Assembly (NCBI GenBank): GCA_951406725.2
Contig: OX597815.1
Location: 79,360,001 to 79,424,000, forward strand
DNA length: 64,000 nucleotides
Origin: Octopus vulgaris
Lineage: Eukaryota
Direction: 5' to 3'
The notes below the pieces were generated by a model that saw nothing but the letters and a program-made list of their open reading frames with translations, was not told the origin of the DNA and made no database searches. The position numbers and the translations under genes are program-made. Positions 38,323 to 52,259 of the stretch are shown here, in pieces (within the stretch, counting starts at the first letter, position 1; every line of letters starts with the position of its first letter).

Positions 38323-40366
38323 CCAACATATATATGGGTTTCTGTATTAAGTAAGCAAATACGGATATTACATTGATATCAACAATGAGTTTAGATGCTC
38401 AATCAACTACCAATTTATTGAATTATAGAGTAAGTGGTTGAGTATTTGACACAGTGATCCTCAAGCAGAATCACTGTGACATTGTGTAATAAAGCTGACT
38501 CTTTAAATTCTATGTACTGCTCATCTGACGGGGCTCAATATGTCAGATCTAATAAATCTGACTTGCAGTTATGGAAGGAGGGTGCAGTGAAGTGAGACTG
38601 AACACATGACCACGCAACTGCAAAATAAATTTGTTAACGATTCAACAATACCTGTTCCCAAATTTCTGTGTGTATTTGTGCAAATGCATTTCCTATTCTC
38701 ATTTGATATGTGAATGAATATCTTCACATCTGTTTCCTTATTGTTTGTTTCTGCACCCCTTCCCCTATATAGTCTGAAGAGAGTTGACCATGTTGCTAGC
38801 CATTCTACTTTTATGTTTCTTATGCACTGGAGGATAGAGATAATACTTGTTTGAGGTTAGGTCAAGGTTGTAATGGTGACTGACTGGGGGGAAAAAAGAG
38901 CAGTTGGGGGTTAGACTATTTTAAGCTATGGATAAGTTGGGTTCAGTTGTTCATAAAAGCTGGTTCTGCTTTGGTTGTAATTGTGTTACAGTTGGCTGGG
39001 CAAAATAGTTGAAAGTAAACTAGCCAGTTTAAATACTGTTTACATGTTTCCAGAGAAACCACCTTAGAATTAATTCCATCATTTATTACTTTATATGTAT
39101 TTTACAAACTTTTATATGAATGCCAAAATAGCTGAACTAACAGCACATATATGTTGAATTCATAGCCAGTACAGGTTATTTTGTTGTTTATTGGAACATG
39201 TTAATAGTTTCTGCCACTTAGGTAACTGCATTGATGCTGGAGGTAGTTGTGATAAAAATAATCATTAGAGAAAAGAGTGAACAAACCTGAATAAATTTCC
39301 TAGTGTATACCTCATAATTTTTTTTTTATTAACCCTAGAAGAATGCAAAGTAAAGTTAATCCCAGTTGAATATGAACTCAAAAGGCAGAGTAGAAACTGT
39401 AAGATTTCCTGACATGAGTCCTCAATACAGAAATATTGTAGGATTATGGTTGTTAAAACCATGAGCAAATTTGTATAGATGTGTCTTTGCTAGTATAGAT
39501 ATTTTATGTGAATGAATGACTCTTGTTGAATGAAAATGTATCATATGCTGTCAGTAGGAGGTATCTTAGGGTAGAGAAAGCTCAAGAGAGAAATGGGAAG
39601 TAGTAAGGTCTAGTCTGAGAATGTTGGGTGGCTGAATACAAGACTGCATGCCGACTTAAATCCTGCCAAAATAAATTTTAAAAAATAGTAAAATAAAGAG
39701 GGAGGTGATGATATGAGTAGTACATCTTTACATGCTTGAATTCAGCCAGTTGTTGGGAACAATATCTGGGAATGTTACCCGAGATAGATCATCATCATAT
39801 GAAGAGCAAAAATTTACTTTCTGCTTAATATCATAAAGCTAGAACCAAGTACCAGACCTTATGAGTACATCTAGGATTAAAAAACTGAAAAGTTCAGCTA
39901 TAACAATCTTACTATGTAAGCCAATGATTTAACTTACATTCTCATGTGATACTCGCAAATAGAAACAGTTATTTAAAGAATAACAATATGTTTATTCAAG
40001 AAAGAAAATTCTTACTTCAATATTTTCTATTAACAAAGAGGTTAGTTTAGTTTACTCGTAGAGGTAGCAAGTCAGCAAGAGAGTTTCTATGTAATTACTG
40101 AACTTGCTTGGTATAGTATTCAAATCTCTCTCTAAAAAAGATAAAGCTGGCAGAAACGTTAGCATGCCAGGCAAAATGCTTAATGGCATTCCCTCTGTCT
40201 TTATGTTCAGAGTTCTAAATCCTCCAAGGTCTGGCTGTGTGGTAAGAAGCTTGCTTCTCAATCACATGGTTCCAGATTCAGTCCCACTGTGTGCTACCTA
40301 GGGCAAGTGTCTTCTATTATAGCCTTGTGAGTGGATTTGGTAGATGGAAACTGAAAGAAGCCCGTC

Positions 40367-40413
<47 letters not shown>

Positions 40414-40512
40414 GGAGTAAACACATAAATGTGAAACAAGGTGGAAAAAAGAGTACTCAAATACCAGTGGTAGAGTAATATGCTTTATTTTAAGCAGCAG
40501 AAAATTCAACAA

Positions 40513-40556
40513 AATCTGTTACTCTGAGTTTCTCGTTGCCGTTCATCAGACAGTTT
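40513..40556 (-). ncRNA. Mirror copy of the hammerhead motif, sense to CLINT1 pre-mRNA
   Basis: Exact reverse complement of 40575-40618. Confidence 0.75.
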
Positions 40557-40574
40557 TTGCTAGAATTCTAGCAA

Positions 40575-40618
40575 AAACTGTCTGATGAACGGCAACGAGA
40601 AACTCAGAGTAACAGATT
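40575..40618 (+). ncRNA. Minimal type I hammerhead ribozyme motif
   Basis: Helix I CTGT/ACAG, core CTGATGA (40582-40588), helix II A-CG-GCAA-CG-A (GNRA loop, first pair A.A mismatch), GAAAC (40599-40603), quasi-palindromic helix III ACTC-A-GAGT, triplet GUA (40609-40611). AATAAA lies ~30 nt downstream. Confidence 0.75.
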
Positions 40619-43600
40619 TTGTTGAATTTTCTGCTGCTTAAAATAAAGTATATATATATATATATATATATTTGTATATGTATATGAGTGTCTGTTCCCC
40701 AACCCATCACTTGACAACCAATGTTGGTGTGGTTACATCCCCGTAAATTAGCGGTTTGGCAAAAGATATCGATAGAATAAGTATTAGTCTTACAAAGAAT
40801 AAGTCCTGGAGTCAATCTGTTTGACCAAAACCCTTTAAGGTGGTACTCCAGCATGACTGCAGTTAAATGACTGAAACAAGTAAAAGAATAACCCTTTCAA
40901 CAACCTTTAAAACAAGGTCCTCATATTTTGAATTCAAAATCTTAACACTGCTTCACTCTTGATAAAGACATGGCTAAATACATTGATGGCATTCTTTCTT
41001 CGAGCAGTATCCCATTGATCGCATTTTACATTCAGTGTTCAGTGCCATGTATACACCAAGTTAAAGCAAACCAAGATTGCTAAACATTTTAGTTTCATTA
41101 GAGACCAGCAAAGTCAATTGATACCTCAACTACATTCTTCATAGAGACATTTCTGTATCTTTTTATGTTGCCCCTGCTTGGACTTTGCAACTGAGCTTTG
41201 AAGATCTATTCTGATCCTAACTTTAACAAAGTGCTACAGAATTAGTACAAGAGGTTGAGAAATCCACAGGCAAAATTAAATCTGCATAAATAGCAGCATG
41301 AGCACCAGAACAAGCAACGACATCTGGAATCTTATAAATTGGATAAATTTTATAACAATAAGATTGTAAAACTAGGAAATTTACATTGAATAAATTTAAA
41401 AAGGCGAGAGGAAATATAATTGCTATACATTTTTTCTCTTAAGTTGCTATTTCAACAGAGAAATGCTAAGAATATAAGGCTTTTAGAAGTTGTAGCACAT
41501 GCAGCGAGAAAAGTAAAGACAATCCTTGGAAATGATCTATGAGCAACAATAGTAGGTCTGATGTAGCTCATCCTCTGTAAAATATGTTTATGTTTAAGTA
41601 ATCAAAATATTGTTTGATAGTTATTTCAATGTTTGAGATTAGATCTGTAGTTTTAAAGTGTAGCACAATACATACACACACACACACAGAGGATATGCAT
41701 GCACATACACAAAAAATATATACAAAGGACGTAAAGACTATGGACTAGAGTAATGATATATTCACAAACAGCTGGTAATAATTTTTTTTTTATCTGACCT
41801 ATTCAGTCATGTCTCACAATTATAAGAGAAGCTGTAATAACTATGTGAGACAGATTTAGAAAAAATGGTATTATTGTTGCTATGAAGACACAGTCAGCTG
41901 TACTTGAGCTAAGCCTATAACATGTACAAAGAAATACTTAAAGTAACCCTCATAACTAACTCTCTTCATATACCATGCTTAGTCCTAATCAAAGAACAAG
42001 AATTTATAAATAAACATAGAATAATTGATTATTTAAGGTGGAGTGTGTCAATTAGGGTGCTTTGTACCTGTTACTTTGACCAATCTCTCTTATTATTTAT
42101 AATCAAAGCTCCCAGTTTTCAAAAATAGCATTCTAAAAAAATATCTAAATGCATGAAATGAATTGATTTGAATAAAATTATAATTTTTTTCTATACTATT
42201 AACCATACCTTCTAAATTGAAAAGGCTTTTTTTGTAGGTGCAAGCAGAGCATAGATGCAAGCATGGAACAGACACAGGTACGTGGTCTAGGATTCAGTCT
42301 CACTGTGTGGCACCTTGGGCAAATGTCTTCTATTGCCTCAGGTTGATCAATATCTTGTGAGTGAAACTGGAACTTGGAAACTGCATAGAAGCCTGTATGT
42401 GTGTGTGTGTGTGTATATATATATATACACATATGTATGTGTGTGTGTGTGTGTAGACAGACATGCAGGCAGTCAGACAGACAGACATACATACACACAC
42501 ATATATGCGCATTATTTCTTATAGCTCTGAGAGGTGGAATAAGAAAAACATTTTCATATATAAAAGAGGTAAGGGTGGAGTGAAAGGAAAAGCATCCGGC
42601 CTTAAATAAGTACTTGGCTAATCCAAGTCTGCATAAAGATGAACATAAAATGAATGAATGAACACTAGGTTTCAAAAGGTTCGTTTGCCAAAATTCATTA
42701 TGTGTACATAAGCCTAAACTAGAAACATTTCTTTGTAATCAAACTGCAATAAGATATGTTAATGTCTCAGTCATTAATTTAGGGCATGATGACTTTACCT
42801 GACATAAGTTCTGTGTTCAGCTTACTCCAGTTGACATGTATCTGGTATGGGATCTTGTTTAGGGTTAGGGACACCCAGTGAAAAACCACCGAAATGTGAT
42901 CTGGTATCTGGCGGGGATAGCTGCCTCTTTTTCACCTCAGTTGGAAGCGAACTATGTCTCACAGTGACATACACACTTATATCAGTTACTTTTGAAACAG
43001 TAGAATTCATAATCTTTGACACCAAAATTCAACTATCACAGGAAGGTATGCCTAATAGCAATGCAGGATCATGAGCTCAGAAGAAGACTTGTAAGGTCCT
43101 ATCTTGGCTTGAGATTACCAAATGAATGAATAAATGTTATTAACCTGAGCTTAGAAATACCAGATGACAATTGTGATCAAACTAATAGAGACAGGTGCAG
43201 ATATTTTTTTAAAAATTATCATCTTATGGACTGATTAACAGCCTGAAAATATACTTATATTCATGTCTTTTTTACTTCTAAATTTCATAATAGCATACTC
43301 TACAAAAAGAGGTGAGATGGACAAGAAACACAGTTTTACTGTTATTAAAAGGAAGATAACATTTTCTTGTATTAAAAAATGACACTTTCATGACCTGTAT
43401 GTCAGAGAAGTAATACTATATAGCATTGAAGCATTAGTTGTATCAATACTAAAAAGAAAGCTTTAAAGAACTTAATGAAGTGGAGTGGCCATGATGATAA
43501 TGTGTGTTATATTGTGGGGCTGACTACTTATCACAATGATCTATAATATTTATTGTTTTGCTTCTAGGTAAGATGTATTACTCAAATGTACCTCAATCTA

Positions 43601-45014
43601 AATAACAGAATAATCAATTAGTTTTATTTTATAGGTGCACTGATCTGCAATAAGATGAGAAGGGTCATTCAATGAAGATAAAAGAGAAATAAAAGCAAAA
43701 CTCCAATAATATATATGAAAACATTTAAATCTATAAGAATCACTCAACCCATGATAGCATGAAATAGTTTCTAAAATTGGTACAAGGTCACACATTTTGT
43801 GGGAGGGTAGAGTCATTTAGATTGATCCTACTACTTGAGTGGCACTTTTAGAACAACACTAGTACTTGACTGGTACTTATTTTATTAACCCTGCAAGGAG
43901 GGAAGACAACATTAACTCCAGCAAGTTTTAAACTCAAAATGCATAAAGTGATATAACTAAATACTATAAGGCATTTTGTCTGATGTACTATGATTCTACC
44001 ATTCATCACTCTGATATCATGAAATAATAGATGTAAAATAAATAATTAAAAAAATTAAAAACTTGCCGTCTGTATTCTATATTTGTTTGCACTGAATTAA
44101 CTTAATTATTAAAAAATGGTTAAATATACATGAATAGTAATCATTAATGGTTGAATAACTTTGAGATAGTTCCCTTTGCTAAAATATGGAATGGAAATGG
44201 TACCTGGCATTCAGCTTTTTTGAAATAAGGTTTAGTTTACTTTTAATTAAACAAATACATGATGATCTTTTAAACAAATACATGATGATCTTTGCATCTA
44301 CATATGGAATAGCTTTTACAAATATGGATATTTGAATATTGTTGGAACAATGCTCTTCTGACAGATGTCTATTCAACCATTATATGCAGTAGTAACAGAA
44401 GTTGTTTGTCATCCAACAGGACTGATGCAACCATATATTTATATGACAGATTTTAAAAGGCACCTCACAAATCCTGCAAAGTTAAAATATGAACAAGACC
44501 ATGTGGTCCAACTTCTCAACCTTTTACCCATCTTGCCATGGGTGGGAGAGGTAACAGGTGGATGACAGAAGAGTCATTATATAATACAATTGGGGTAGAG
44601 TTTGAATAGTATTATACACATAATCTTATTTTGTTGTTTTCCTTTATTTTGCATTTTTTTCTTTACTTAATAAAAAAAATAAGCTAAAACTAAAAGATAA
44701 GTAAAGGAGATTAATTCATAGGTGCTTGCTGGAGTGTTGCAGGATCTCTTCTTGTTTTTCAAATTTTTCATTCTCATCAAATTAACTTTCTTAGAAATAT
44801 TACTAGTTAAAAAAAAATTATTTACCTCTTTTTTTATTTCTTTTATAACAGAATCTTCTGGAAGAGAGTCAAGATTAAGAGCACTACTTTTTTTCATTGT
44901 CTGGCTAATTTCAACATCTCACTGTCTTTATACAACTAGCAATGTTTTGCTGTTTTTTTTAATGCTTTCTTATTCAATTGTAGTGAAATGTGTTTTGTAT
45001 CAAAAATATTAGTT

Positions 45015-45222
45015 TCAAATTTTGGTACAAGGCCAGCAATTTCAGAGGAAGAGACAAGTTGATTACATCAATCCCAGTGCTCAACTGGTACTTATTTTAT
45101 CAATACTGAAATGATGAAAGCAAAGTCAACCTCAGTGAAATTTGAACTCAGAATGTAAAGACAGACAAAATGCTACCTAGCATTTTACCCAGTGTGCTAA
45201 CAATTCTGCAAGCTTGCCACCT
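45015..45222 (-). mobile_element. SINE family B copy
   Basis: Same ~200 bp unit as 9219-9900; further copies near 33070-33250, 43770-44010 and 59125-59300. Confidence 0.8.
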
Positions 45223-45336
45223 TATTTTCTATCAAGAGTATTGCAATGAAATATATCTGGCCACCAAAACAAGCACACAGTCAATAACAGACCAATGATG
45301 GAGTTTCTACATGGTCACTCTACTTCATATCTCCTT

Positions 45337-45556
45337 TAACTCTAGCATTTAAACCAGCCATATTAGGTCCCAAATATTCTATCTATTGCATGTTTAACCT
45401 GTCCAGATCTGGTCTTTCATACCTAACAGACAATGTCATACTAAAAATCAAGCAATCACATCATTGAAATCTCAAAGTTATGAGATAATGCATGATTAAT
45501 TCAAAACAGTGTGAACAGATAAGTATTACATTTCACAGAGTAATCTGAATGCTAAA
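45337..45556. mobile_element. Probable TTAA-type MITE (piggyBac-like), decayed
   Basis: TTAA-CTCTAGCATTTAAA ... TCTGAATGCTAAA short imperfect TIR; the right TTAA is not retained. Confidence 0.45.
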
Positions 45557-46281
45557 TATCCTATCAATTGATAAGAACATCGGATACATTGGGCAATGTT
45601 GTTTTAGATATTCAAAAAAAAAAAAAAAGCTGAGATGATTGTAGAGGGAATGATTTTGATAATAGTCTACTCAATGTGTGCTTACTTGGAACAAAACAAC
45701 ATGTTGCCAACAAAAGTGGGTTAGATTTTAAAATAGTAATTGTTAGAATAATTGTTTATTCAGTTATATTTTTTTCATGCTAATTTGTCTATCAACTATC
45801 AATTAAGAGTAGAGTGCTATTGTTAGACAGGTAAACTTAGCTATCAGAGTAATATGATTTGTAAAAGGATGTTGTATATGGCAAAGTTTAAAATGACAGT
45901 GTACTATGAAGTAGGAGTGGCATCTATTTTCAATCTAGAACACTGAGACATGGAAAATAGTTCTTAGCTTCCCTACTGTCAATCAAAAATATGTGATTTC
46001 TATCTTTTACACCATGCTTCAATTGATTCTAGTATATGATGTATTCAGTGGAGAAAGGGAATAGTCAACATTTTAAAAATTTATCACAAAAGCTGTTTAA
46101 TAATTTCCAAAGAAATCGATATTTGTATTTTTTGATTTAATGAATTATTTACAAATTTGAATGCATGTCTAAGTGAGCTAATATTGTCTACTAAGTGTTG
46201 ATTAGCAAGAAAACAATTCAAACTTTTTTATTATATATTTTTGATTTATAGCTAGTTTATAGATTTGATTGTTTAGGAACT

Positions 46282-46640
46282 TCATCATCTTCATCAACAT
46301 TTAACATCTGTTTTCGATGCTAGCATGTGTTATACAGCTTGACAGGAATTAGCAAGGCCAGGAGCTGCACCAGGTTTCATAGTCTGTTTTGGCTTGGTTT
46401 CTATAGTTGGATGCCCTTCCTAATATCAACCACTTTACAGAGTGTACTAGGTGTTTTTTATGTGCCACCATCACCAGTGCTTTTTACGTGACGTCTATGC
46501 TATTGCATTTCATGTGGCACCAACACCAGTGCTTTTTATGTGATTTTTACAGTACCAGTATTTTTATGTGGAACCAACACCCACACTAGTGCTTTTATGT
46601 GGCACCATGGTTTTAGGATATCACTTCTACTGTGTTGGGC
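46282..46640 (-). mobile_element. SINE family C copy with internal ~26 bp repeats
   Basis: Same body as 33366-33554 plus CACCAGTGCTTTTTATGTG repeats. Confidence 0.7.
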
Positions 46641-46930
46641 AGGTCTTGACTGCCTTATTTATGTGAAATATATTTGTCTATTATACATGTATATCTCAAA
46701 AGAAAATCGCATATTTATAGCTATCAATGTATAACTATTTATGTTAATTAGTGTAATCCATCATGTTTTCATCATCATCATCATTCAATGTTACCAAACA
46801 AACTTAATTATCAGGTAGCATTTTGACTCAACAATGCTTAGCATCATCTGTGCTCATATCTCACTTCTTTATTATTGACCTTCCAACTTGAATTTCAATG
46901 TGAGAGTGTGTGTGTGTATCTATTATATAT

Positions 46931-47236
46931 ATGATCACCGTGACCGACCAGGCTATCAGAGGTTGCTACACATCGCTGGTCACAATGCGCTTCGCATTGC
47001 TTTAGCCTTCAAATGATGCCACCCCGCTGGCTAAGCGAGCAGGTCAACAGAAGAAAGAGTGAGAGAAAGTTATGGCGAAAGAATACAGCAGGGATCGCCA
47101 CCACCCACTGCTGGAGCCTCACGGAGCTTTAGGTGTTTTCACTCAATAAACACTCACAACGCCCTGTCTGGGAATCGAAACCACGATCCTACAACCGCGA
47201 GTCCGCTGCCCTAACCACTGGGCCATTGCACCTCCA
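46931..47236 (-). mobile_element. Young tRNA-derived SINE (family D)
   Basis: Minus-strand head TGGAGGTGCAATGGCCCAGTGGTTAGGGCAGCGGACTCGCGGTTGTAGGATCGTGGTTTCGATTCCC has A- and B-box-like motifs. CpG-rich body, (TA)n flanks. Confidence 0.8.
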
Positions 47237-48114
47237 CGTTATGTATATATATTTATAAAATAGATATGTCTTGGATAATTTTGAATTGTAAACTTTTATT
47301 TATTATTGTTAAATTCCACTTCCACTGATACAAACAATATGTATGTGCATTGATTTAAAACCTCATCTCCTAAGATGATCAGAGAAAACTCTTGGTGAAA
47401 TACTGTAACATCTAAAAATTTATATTTTCCAGACTATTTCATCATTTTTAAGTTTTTGCACTGCATTTTGATTGATGCAACTTTCAATTGCTTTTATAAA
47501 AATAACATTTCTGTAGACACAGTTTGGATTTAGAATTTAATTTTCTAATGCAATGATTAACAACTTTGAAATCTTACATGAGAAATAAAGCTTTCTAGTT
47601 AAAACACAGCCAAGAGAAATGTATGTATTTATATAAGTACAGACGTAAAACTAGAGCACCTAAACTTGATCAAAGATTGGACAGGTTGTCCTGTAAGAAA
47701 AAAATACAAAACAAGATTAATGAGGTTAAATGTCTGGAAAACTGAAATGATTATTAATTGTAACTCATCTCAGAGATATAGACATAAAATTAGTGTAATT
47801 AAAAGACCAGAAAAATGAAAAACGTATTTCTAAAACAACACATCTTAGACATGGTACTTAAGGAGAGAATTGCTTCTGAGAAACCATTATCAAAGAGTGA
47901 AAAGAGCATACATATATTTCCATATTAATTTTCATGAGATGAAATCCTTAAAGTCTCTGGTAGTCATAGATAGCAATATTTGGTCTACTTTATGGATTCT
48001 TCAGCATGACATAACTCAAAACTTTAAACTTAGTTAATCTAAATTAATTTAAAAATTAAAAGTAATGTATTTCTTTCTTTTTTTTTTCTAACATGTCTTA
48101 AAATTATGTATAAT

Positions 48115-48716
48115 TAGCTAAGCCCAGTTTCACCCGGTCAGTTTGGATGATGTGGCTGTAAAACCTACTCTGTGTAAGCATTCGACTTGTTTGGGCACGC
48201 TTACATTAAAAACAATTTTAGAATAACTTTTTTCTGTCAAAACACTAAAAATAATTGACCAACAAAAAAAAAAAAACCGCGATTCAACCAAATCAAAAAT
48301 TAAACCCAAATACTAAGCGAACAAAGATGAACCATCCCACTTGCATTGCGCACGCACACACAAACACACACACACATACCCCCCTTCTACATACACACAT
48401 ATATTCACACAGAGTTGAAATGTTGTTTGATTTATTTTTTCAGCGTACAATTTTCATCATCCCACTACCAAGTATGACATCACCCTTCCTTCCTTATTCA
48501 TCTATCACCTCTTCCTTTCTCATTCACAAACACTAGAGTATTATTAGAGTTGATTATCTCAGTAACCAATGGAGCTATGAAAAAAATACAAAGCCTAGCA
48601 TCACCACCAGATCATTCTACACATCTGTGTCATGTTTCATGCAATTCTACCAAGCCATTTGACTGTGAGTCCCAAGAAAAGAAAGAATCACCCATGTCAA
48701 ATTTATATGTATAGAT
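48115..48716 (+). mobile_element. Non-autonomous Helitron/Helentron-associated (DINE-1/HINE-like) element
   Basis: 5' TAGCTAAGCCCAGTTTCACCCGG, internal (CA)n, CATGTTTCATGCAATTC segment and 3' TTTATATGTATAGAT terminus. Recognised from architecture only. Confidence 0.5.
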
Positions 48717-51700
48717 AGATAAGGAATACAGAACAGTGTGAAATGCCTAATGATGCAACATCATCTCTGTAACAATATTTGAACTAAAGACAACATAGTT
48801 CCTTAATATCACAGTAAATTTAAACCATGTAGTTATTTTTTTTTTTAACACAATTAACCAGAAGAAAGAATTTAAGTCTTCAGTGTCTTCATGAATTAAT
48901 GTGTTATATTTTATAAGTGTTAAGATGCAAAGGTGTTTCATTGTATTTTGTGATCTAATTTAAAAAAAAAAAATTTGATAAGTAATTAAGATAAGCAGGA
49001 ATCTGATTATATGTGTGTGTGTGTGTGTGTGTGTGATTGCTTGCTTTTGCACACAAGCATGAGCATGCAACTGAATTTAGAAATAGATTATAAAATTTCA
49101 AACAGCCTATCATCCTTTCTGGAATGGGGAATAAAGATCAGTGAAGCTATACACCAATGAAAATGAGGTGGAGGAGGTATGACTTAGTGACATGAGAAGC
49201 TTGCAGTTTAAAATATAGATTGAGATTAGCCCTGAGACAACAGAGGATGTCACTGTCCAAATTCAATTCACACCTTGTGAACTTACTTCTCTAATGTAAA
49301 GACCCTCTTGCTCATCAAAAGAAATCTCTATTTACACCTAGAGTTTGATAAAGTAAAAAATACAGTGAAACTGGATGTTTTACTTTATCTAGTTTTGTCC
49401 TTGATTGTTTCCAGTTCAATTATCACTAACTTTCACTCCACTGGAGTTGCTATAAAATATACCAGCAAAACACTGGATATGAATATATCATCTTTACTCC
49501 TGTCTTCCACTGTGACTGACCTTGTGATCTAGATACCAGAAACAGTACAAGCATTTGAATACCTCATGAGCAACTAATAAGCTCATGGTTTTGATCACCA
49601 CTTGAAGGAAATTCAGTTTTTACATCAGTAATGTTTTCAAGAAAGGCGAGAATATAATAAAACCTCATTCCCATTCCATATGAATTAGTAATTGGTCATA
49701 ACTAACAGCAATGTACTATGTTTTATATGGGTTCATTCCACAGTATAATTTATAGGATAAGTTGGTATGAGAAGTAAGGTCTTGGTAAACTAAGTCTACC
49801 ATCCAGGTTTAATTCTCAGTTGTAACTATTTCACTTACTCTGATAATGTCTTTAATAAAAGCATGAGTGTCTCAAATCTCATTCTCCAACTCACTGAAGC
49901 CAAATGAAGTCATTCTTTGATGGATAATTCTTCTGATTATGAAAGGCTAAGCAACTGATCTCTATTTCTTGCACCATGGGTGAAAATTCATCCTTATTTG
50001 AAAACTAATATATATGCCACAATATGAAAGCCTTTAATATTAAACAGTAAATCTCTTACCTAAGCAGCTGTCTAACATCTAAGATACTGAAGGACATCAA
50101 TCATTACAATAAACTGTGAGACTTCAATACTGATTGAATGGATATACAAATACGTGGGTTCAAAACATGCAAAGGCTTATTGCAATTGATATTGCATTTG
50201 CTGAGTAGATCTGCTTGAGAAAACTCATAGGAGAGCAATAGCAAATTGAAAGAAACAGTCAATCAATATTTCTAACGGTGGTATTCATTCAATATTTATT
50301 ATCTCTTAAGCTTTACAATTTAAAATGCATGGCTCATTGAGTTCTCAAAGCTGTGTACTTGTGTACATATGCACACACATTTTGGAACCAGTAAACAAGA
50401 AATTAAAGATAGCATAAAAGAAACTAATTGAAGTAGAAAATGGTCAGTTGCCTAAAATAATAGTATAATTATTAATTTAGTAATTAATAAATATACATTA
50501 TTATACATTCCATGGATGCATACTTCTGTCACAGGAAAAATTTTGCAAATAATGAATACGAAAAGTCAGAGGGAACATCCATGTAGTCCCTATTTTTTAA
50601 AAATAATCAGGAATGTGATGACAGAATGTTGGTTTCTGTATAGAACAAGTTAAGAAACTATGTAGAAGCTCCTTGATTGCCCAACACTCATCATGGTTTG
50701 CCCCTTTGCAAGTTCAATTAATGTTTGCTTTTATTCATTTGTCTAAAGATAGGTTGAACCCCTATTTCATAACTGAATAGTTAATTAAGAAGCATTCGTA
50801 AGATAATGAAAACAACAATACTACTAATTTATTAAAGCAGAAATACTTTTACAAAACTTTTTAAAAAACCATTCTTATTCTTTTAGTCAGGTATGATAAA
50901 ATTAAATTATCATTATGTTCTTTTTTGTATTTGTAAACTCTATAACTTGCTAGTAATTTAGATTAGAAAGCCTCCATTTTCTTTTTTCTTCTTCTTCATC
51001 TTTTAGCTAACAATGGGGGACATTTCCCAGTGGTTATAAAAACCATCTGAGAAAGCAATGGGAGAGAAATAATGAGGTTAGCAATAGTTGGTACAGAAAT
51101 GGAAAAGTTAAAGGTTAGTGAATTATATGGAAAACAGTTGGCAGAGAAATGAATATTCTAGAGAAGTGGTCATCATAAAAAGTAGAGTTTTGAAATAAAA
51201 CAACAGCATGTAAAGAATGAGTAAATATAATAAATAGGTTCTTTAAGTGGAGAATAGTAGCAAATGGCAGCAGAATCCATTATGGTAACAACAGAGGAGG
51301 TAAAAAGAGAGTAAAAAAAAACCCAGCAACATAATAATGGATGAGGAACAAAACATTTTTAATAACTATATTACTTGGCAAGCAACAGATAAAATGATCT
51401 TTTCTTGGCTAAAGGTTCTTATAGGCCAGATGATGGTGTTACTGCTCTATATGTATGGCATGGAAAAAACATACAGGAGAATATTAACATGATCAACAGC
51501 ACAGCTGCTACGCTGCCACTAGTGCAGGTCATATGTGTTAGTTGACATAAATGATCAAATTAATGACTCAGACCATGTGTTTCTCATTCCACTTTCACTG
51601 TGCATTCTACTTTATGGATCTCTGATAATTTGTGTTTGTGTGTGTGTATGTAAGAGGGGGCGAGAGAGAGAATATATATCTCATTAGTAAAATTCCCTGA

Positions 51701-52259
51701 AACAGCTTGTATAGTAAACAAAAATTCAATATATAGAGTACAGGAGGCAAAAAGTCCTAAAGTAACACTTCCTATGAATTGTTTTCAGTAACTTGATAGT
51801 GTCAGCTAAGTCAGAAAAGGTGTACATAGATTAAATTAAAGGTATACCACTTTTTATCAACAAGTTTCAGTTTTCTCATCTCCTGACATGCACATTCTTA
51901 CACTCTTCAGTCCTTCTTTATTATTTACACACAAATGACAAGTACATGCAATTTCAACATCTTTGTCAGAATGTGAACATTCCGTATGAGACCTAAGCAC
52001 TCAGCAATGTAAACGTGACAACTTATTCTATCACTACACCTTTGGGAAATGACTCCACAGTATAGTATGCAACACAAATGCTCATTTACAACATTCAACT
52101 TAGAACATTAAACCTAGTTTTCAAAAAGGACCAATATTGCAGAACCAACACATTCATTCCTAAACCATAGCTAATTCTTTATACAGTAAATCATGGAGTC
52201 TATTTTATTTAAAATTGAATCTCCACCTCTCTCAAGCCCAAATAATAGAGATGGGAAGC

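Larger units (their letters stand above)
40478..40653. repeat. Near-perfect ~176 bp spacer-less palindrome centred on GAATTC (40563-40568), with ~70 bp unique tail 40411-40477
   Basis: One mismatch seen between the arms (40482/40649); (TA)n on both sides. Confidence 0.95.
40232..40890 (+). mobile_element. SINE family A copy interrupted in its (TA)n by a hammerhead palindrome
   Basis: 5' half 40232-40368 and 3' half ~40690-40890 flank (TA)n-insert-(TA)n. A family B fragment abuts it at 40140-40228. Confidence 0.8.

Noticed and set aside
49100-50100. Possible ancient LTR/LINE coding remnant
   Set aside because: No diagnostic motif could be read reliably.
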